Assembly: GCF_964355755.1 (NCBI RefSeq) | Contig: NC_092680.1 | Coordinates: forward strand, 1,922,001-1,986,000 | Length of the DNA stretch: 64,000 nt | Direction: 5' to 3' | Origin: Antedon mediterranea | Taxonomy: Eukaryota; Animalia; Echinodermata | Made by a program: the position numbers and the translations under genes | Notes under the pieces: generated by a model | What the model saw: only the letters and a program-made list of their open reading frames with translations | The model's database searches: none | What the model was told of the DNA's origin: nothing | Part shown: in pieces, positions 60,309 to 64,000 of the stretch | Numbering within the stretch: the stretch's first letter is position 1 | Layout of the letters: each line of letters starts with the position of its first letter

Positions 60309-62431
60309 AGGTGTAAAGAGGACCATTGGATTGATAATGATATGAGAACTAAGGTATAACACAAATACTCCCGTTTATTATTGAATAAAGTACCGTCCGA
60401 TCCTAAATGTTTTATTACAATTTAATCTTCTATAGATTGATTGTATTTATCCAAAGGTCAAGTCTGTCTGGACATCGGCTTGCCTTGTAAATACAACTCT
60501 TTCATCATTAACACATTTGGCACGCGCTGTCTGAGAAACCGATTATGAATATGAAAGTAGAATTTAACTAGCATCTTCTATTAACTGATAAAAGTACAGT
60601 AATCATTTATTTGTTTACGTACAAGCAAATACACATAAACATGACATGAAGACCTTACAGTACTACCAATGTTGAATCTACAGATCAGATGAAAATTAGC
60701 AGATGTGTAAATGTTTAAATAATGTGTTTGTCAAACATACAGACATTGGTTCTTATTGTTTTTAATAACCTACCAACTACTGAAAGTAAATATTCCCCAA
60801 CAATTGCTTCATTCAAAGCTAAATACAGATCTCATTTTGTCACAATTGTTTTTTCTTCCTGGTTGTTTTGTATTCAAGACAGGACCACAATGCAAACCAG
60901 GTTATCTTTTACCTGATTGTGTAATCCTGTATAGGCCTAAAGATGTTGTTAAATAAAATAAATTGTAACCATGTTAAAGGGCCAACTGAGACAAGTTTAC
61001 TTCTAGATTGGTCCTCGTGTTATGCTCTGTATTATTAGCATTTGATGAAATCAATCTTTGTTGAATTGAATAAACTATACAATTGTGAAACAATTTTGAA
61101 ATTATTCAAGCAGAAAAAAATCACTGAAAATAACATTTTAGTATTAATTTGTTTAAACTGTGAAATGGTTCAACCTCATTATGCATTTGTCTCACAACAA
61201 CAAATTGGCAAAAAATAATTCAAGTCAGCAGGAAGTTCAACACGTTACTGTTAACTTAAAATAATTTAGATAAGATTAATAATAACGCAAAAAATCATCT
61301 TTTGGGATGAGTCTGTAAACACATACGGGGCTTAGACATCCCAGTCGTCACCGAACGGCCCACATTCTAAATTAATTATCAGGAACATTTAATTTTAATG
61401 TAGGGCTAGGTCATAATTATTAAAGTTTGTACATACGTCTGTTTGCATTCAGTAAACCATGCAATCTTAAAATAGTACGCAAAGCAATTAATTTTCTTAT
61501 TTATATTATGTTAAATACGGCAAGCAAGTTTTAAAACAATCAAAACATTTTGAATTGCACCCTGCAAAGATATTCAAAGCAGAAAGCCTCTGCCATTTGG
61601 GATGTCTCGAAGTAATTAATTGCATATTCTCTAGGTAATTTTTAGTCCGATATGTTTGCAGCAATAACAGTTGTTTTTAACTTCAAACAAAAGGAATACT
61701 GCATATAACGCATATCCTTATGGCAGTGACATGTGACACAACACTGTATCAATTTGAACGCGTACAAAAGTTGATGATTATATCATTTTGTGTACGTATT
61801 GTGGTGTATGAGGGGTGGAGTGGGGGCAGTGTCATGCAAAAATACAAGTGTACAATTTAAAATATAATAATCATTATTATATAAAGATTTTGATATTAAT
61901 AGTTTTATTTATATACATATTTTAATATTTTTATTGAACTCTGAGCAAATGAATGTTTACGTATGTTAGTATTGGGGTTTGTTTCTAAATATACTTATTG
62001 GTGCATGTCTTCTCTTTATATGTATTGTTTTTATCGTACTTTTTATAATAATCATTACTATGTAAAGTTTTTAATAATAATATTTTATTTACATACATAT
62101 TTTAATATTTTAATCGTTTTAATTCTGAGCAAATGAATTTCTCCTTTGGAGATCAATAAAATTATTATGATTCTGATTTTACTCTATGAACTAAACACGC
62201 TTGACAAAGTTTATTCAACGACGTGAACAGTATGGATATTTGGTATTGTTTTAGGTGTTTGATTAGGGCTATAGGATGTACTCAAAGGTGATAGTACTAA
62301 CGATATGTCTTTCACACAGGGTTGAAGGTCAATTAAACCTGTTGAAACATCTTGCACTGGTCTCGTCGCCTTCCACTTCGGTATTGCTGTCATTTTCAAG
62401 ATCGGACCCAACAAATATTGTCCGCTTTATC

Positions 62432-63342
62432 AGGGTGTTAATGGTTGGCCCGTATAGGAAAGTTTTTCCTCAGGGGGTGTCGCAAAGGAAGGGTTCTCTA
62501 ATGTTTTGCGCGCCTGTGGTGTTATAGTATATACTGTAAATACAAAACAAAATAAGACAAGAACTGATTGATTACAAAGAAATGTATTTATTCAAAATGA
62601 GTATGGTATGTAAAAAAAAAATCGAATAAAGGTGAGTGGATCTCACAAAAGGAGGCCGGGGTGCGATTTTTTTTTTCGTACATAAGTTGGGGACCCCATG
62701 TGAAAGATAGCCGAACTACTTCCCTAAATATAACTAAACCTAACCCTCCAAATAATCTCTCTCTCACTATAAAGTAAAAGAAGTAGCTCATGGGAGTCGA
62801 ACCCCATACATCGACATGTAAAGTCCATAGTCTTATCCATTCGACTACACAGACGGCTCGACAGAAATCGTTTGCATTCGCGAATTGTAGTTAGCTGAAT
62901 TCTTACGTCACACCTTATGGATATGATTAATGAATATTCATGAATATTTTGTGACGTTTCACGAGGGGTCCCCAACTTATGTACGAAAAGAAATATCGCG
63001 GCCGGTGTTCTACTGTACGACCGTATCGTTTCTAAAAACAATAGTGTCTCTAGAGAATGTGTGGATTGTGAACATTAACAAATTGCATTTTTTTAATCAT
63101 AGACTGACACCTGTAATTGTTCTAGTATTCATAATTGTCTTTATTCTAAACTAAACTCATGAACTCGAAACTAAAACATATAATTATCATAATTATATTC
63201 GAAGGTCTGTAAATTGTTAAGACATAAAAACTGATACTCAGGTGGCTGTTAGAAATGAACATACATTTTAACACCTGTCTTCTGCTACGTAACACCTGTT
63301 TTTGTGTTTTGCAGCAATCGTTGCTATACAACGTATACGGTA
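62432..63342 (-). CDS. Possible last two coding exons (63265-63342, 62432-62533) of an unidentified upstream minus-strand gene
   Basis: Acceptors ttcattcag| and ttgtatttacag|, donor |gtatgt; phase-compatible reading PYTLYSNDCCKTQKQVLRSRRQVLK-LYTITPQARKTLENPSFATPPEEKLSYTGQPLTP*; no recognised domain. Confidence 0.3.
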
Positions 63343-63584
63343 CTGAATGAAAGGGAGTTCATAACATTATTCCTTAAATGAAAAGTTATAAACAAAGTAT
63401 AAAGTAAAATACCTATTCCGGGCGAACATATTTCGTAACAGAAAAGGATCCACATTAATAATTCTCTTCGTTACGTGTTTAGAACAGAATTTATATCACA
63501 TCGTAGTTGTACGACACGGTTTGGTATTTATGCCGTGTGTTGTTATGCAAATGAGCTTGTACGGGTGCAGTGGAAGATGGTATT

Positions 63585-63725
63585 GCTGTCTATACTATCA
63601 ACCTTGTTTTACAAAAAAAAAGTGTGATGTGCCCAAATACGGTGGTGATATGCCTAAATATGGTAGTGATATGACATCAATATGTATCTATAGGGACATT
63701 ACATAACGTTTGATAGTGTAGACAG
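63585..63725. mobile_element. MITE family A copy
   Basis: Degenerate TIRs and core. Confidence 0.72.
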
Positions 63726-64000
63726 TCCCAGAATAATTTACATGTTTTTTAGACAGATAGTTTGTCTCTGTTGGTTCTTGTATGGGATTTGATTCTGAAT
63801 AGGGGGGGGGGGGGGGGCGGGGGGCTGAAATAATTAGGGATTTTCTCTGAATATGGGTTGGATGTTATCTCCCCTGAATCGTTTCAGAGAAATGTTTCCC
63901 CTGAATCGTTTGAGGGGAATGTTTTCCCTAATAGGGGGTGTACCTTGATGAAAAGAGGCGTAGTTGTTTCTTCTCATATGCATTTCACAGTTAAGAAGAG

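Noticed and set aside
62780-62850. tRNA gene
   Set aside because: Acceptor and anticodon stems do not pair; treated as SINE-like or pseudo-tRNA.

Overview
AT-rich invertebrate (metazoan) genomic DNA with two multi-exon extracellular-matrix genes arranged tail-to-tail; abundant TAGGCCTA motifs weakly suggest an echinoderm or other ambulacrarian. (1) + strand 732-7506: the 3' part (15 exons) of a subgroup-B thrombospondin (COMP/THBS3/4-like) with EGF domains, type-3 Ca-binding repeats and the C-terminal L-lectin domain. (2) - strand 59140-15970: an essentially complete fibrillin gene (58 coding exons traced by hand) with the vertebrate FBN1-type domain order (FUN, EGFs, 2 hybrid, 7 TB, 43 cbEGF positions, C-terminal furin site and asprosin-like propeptide). 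The best finding is a tandem pair of homologous fibrillin exons (45787-45963 and 45368-45712). Each encodes the end of TB1, a hinge and EGF4; one hinge is short and Pro-rich, the other long and Gly/Pro-rich. They are separated by a 74-nt intron and look mutually exclusive, so one gene may make the hinge variants that vertebrates split among FBN1/2/3. Also present: three GC-AG introns, a candidate truncating alternative last exon, a candidate internal promoter, a ~5 kb palindromic higher-order tandem array between the two 3' ends, ~25 copies of a Harbinger-like MITE, other MITEs and SINE fragments, and minisatellites. All coordinates were read by eye; repeat boundaries are approximate.
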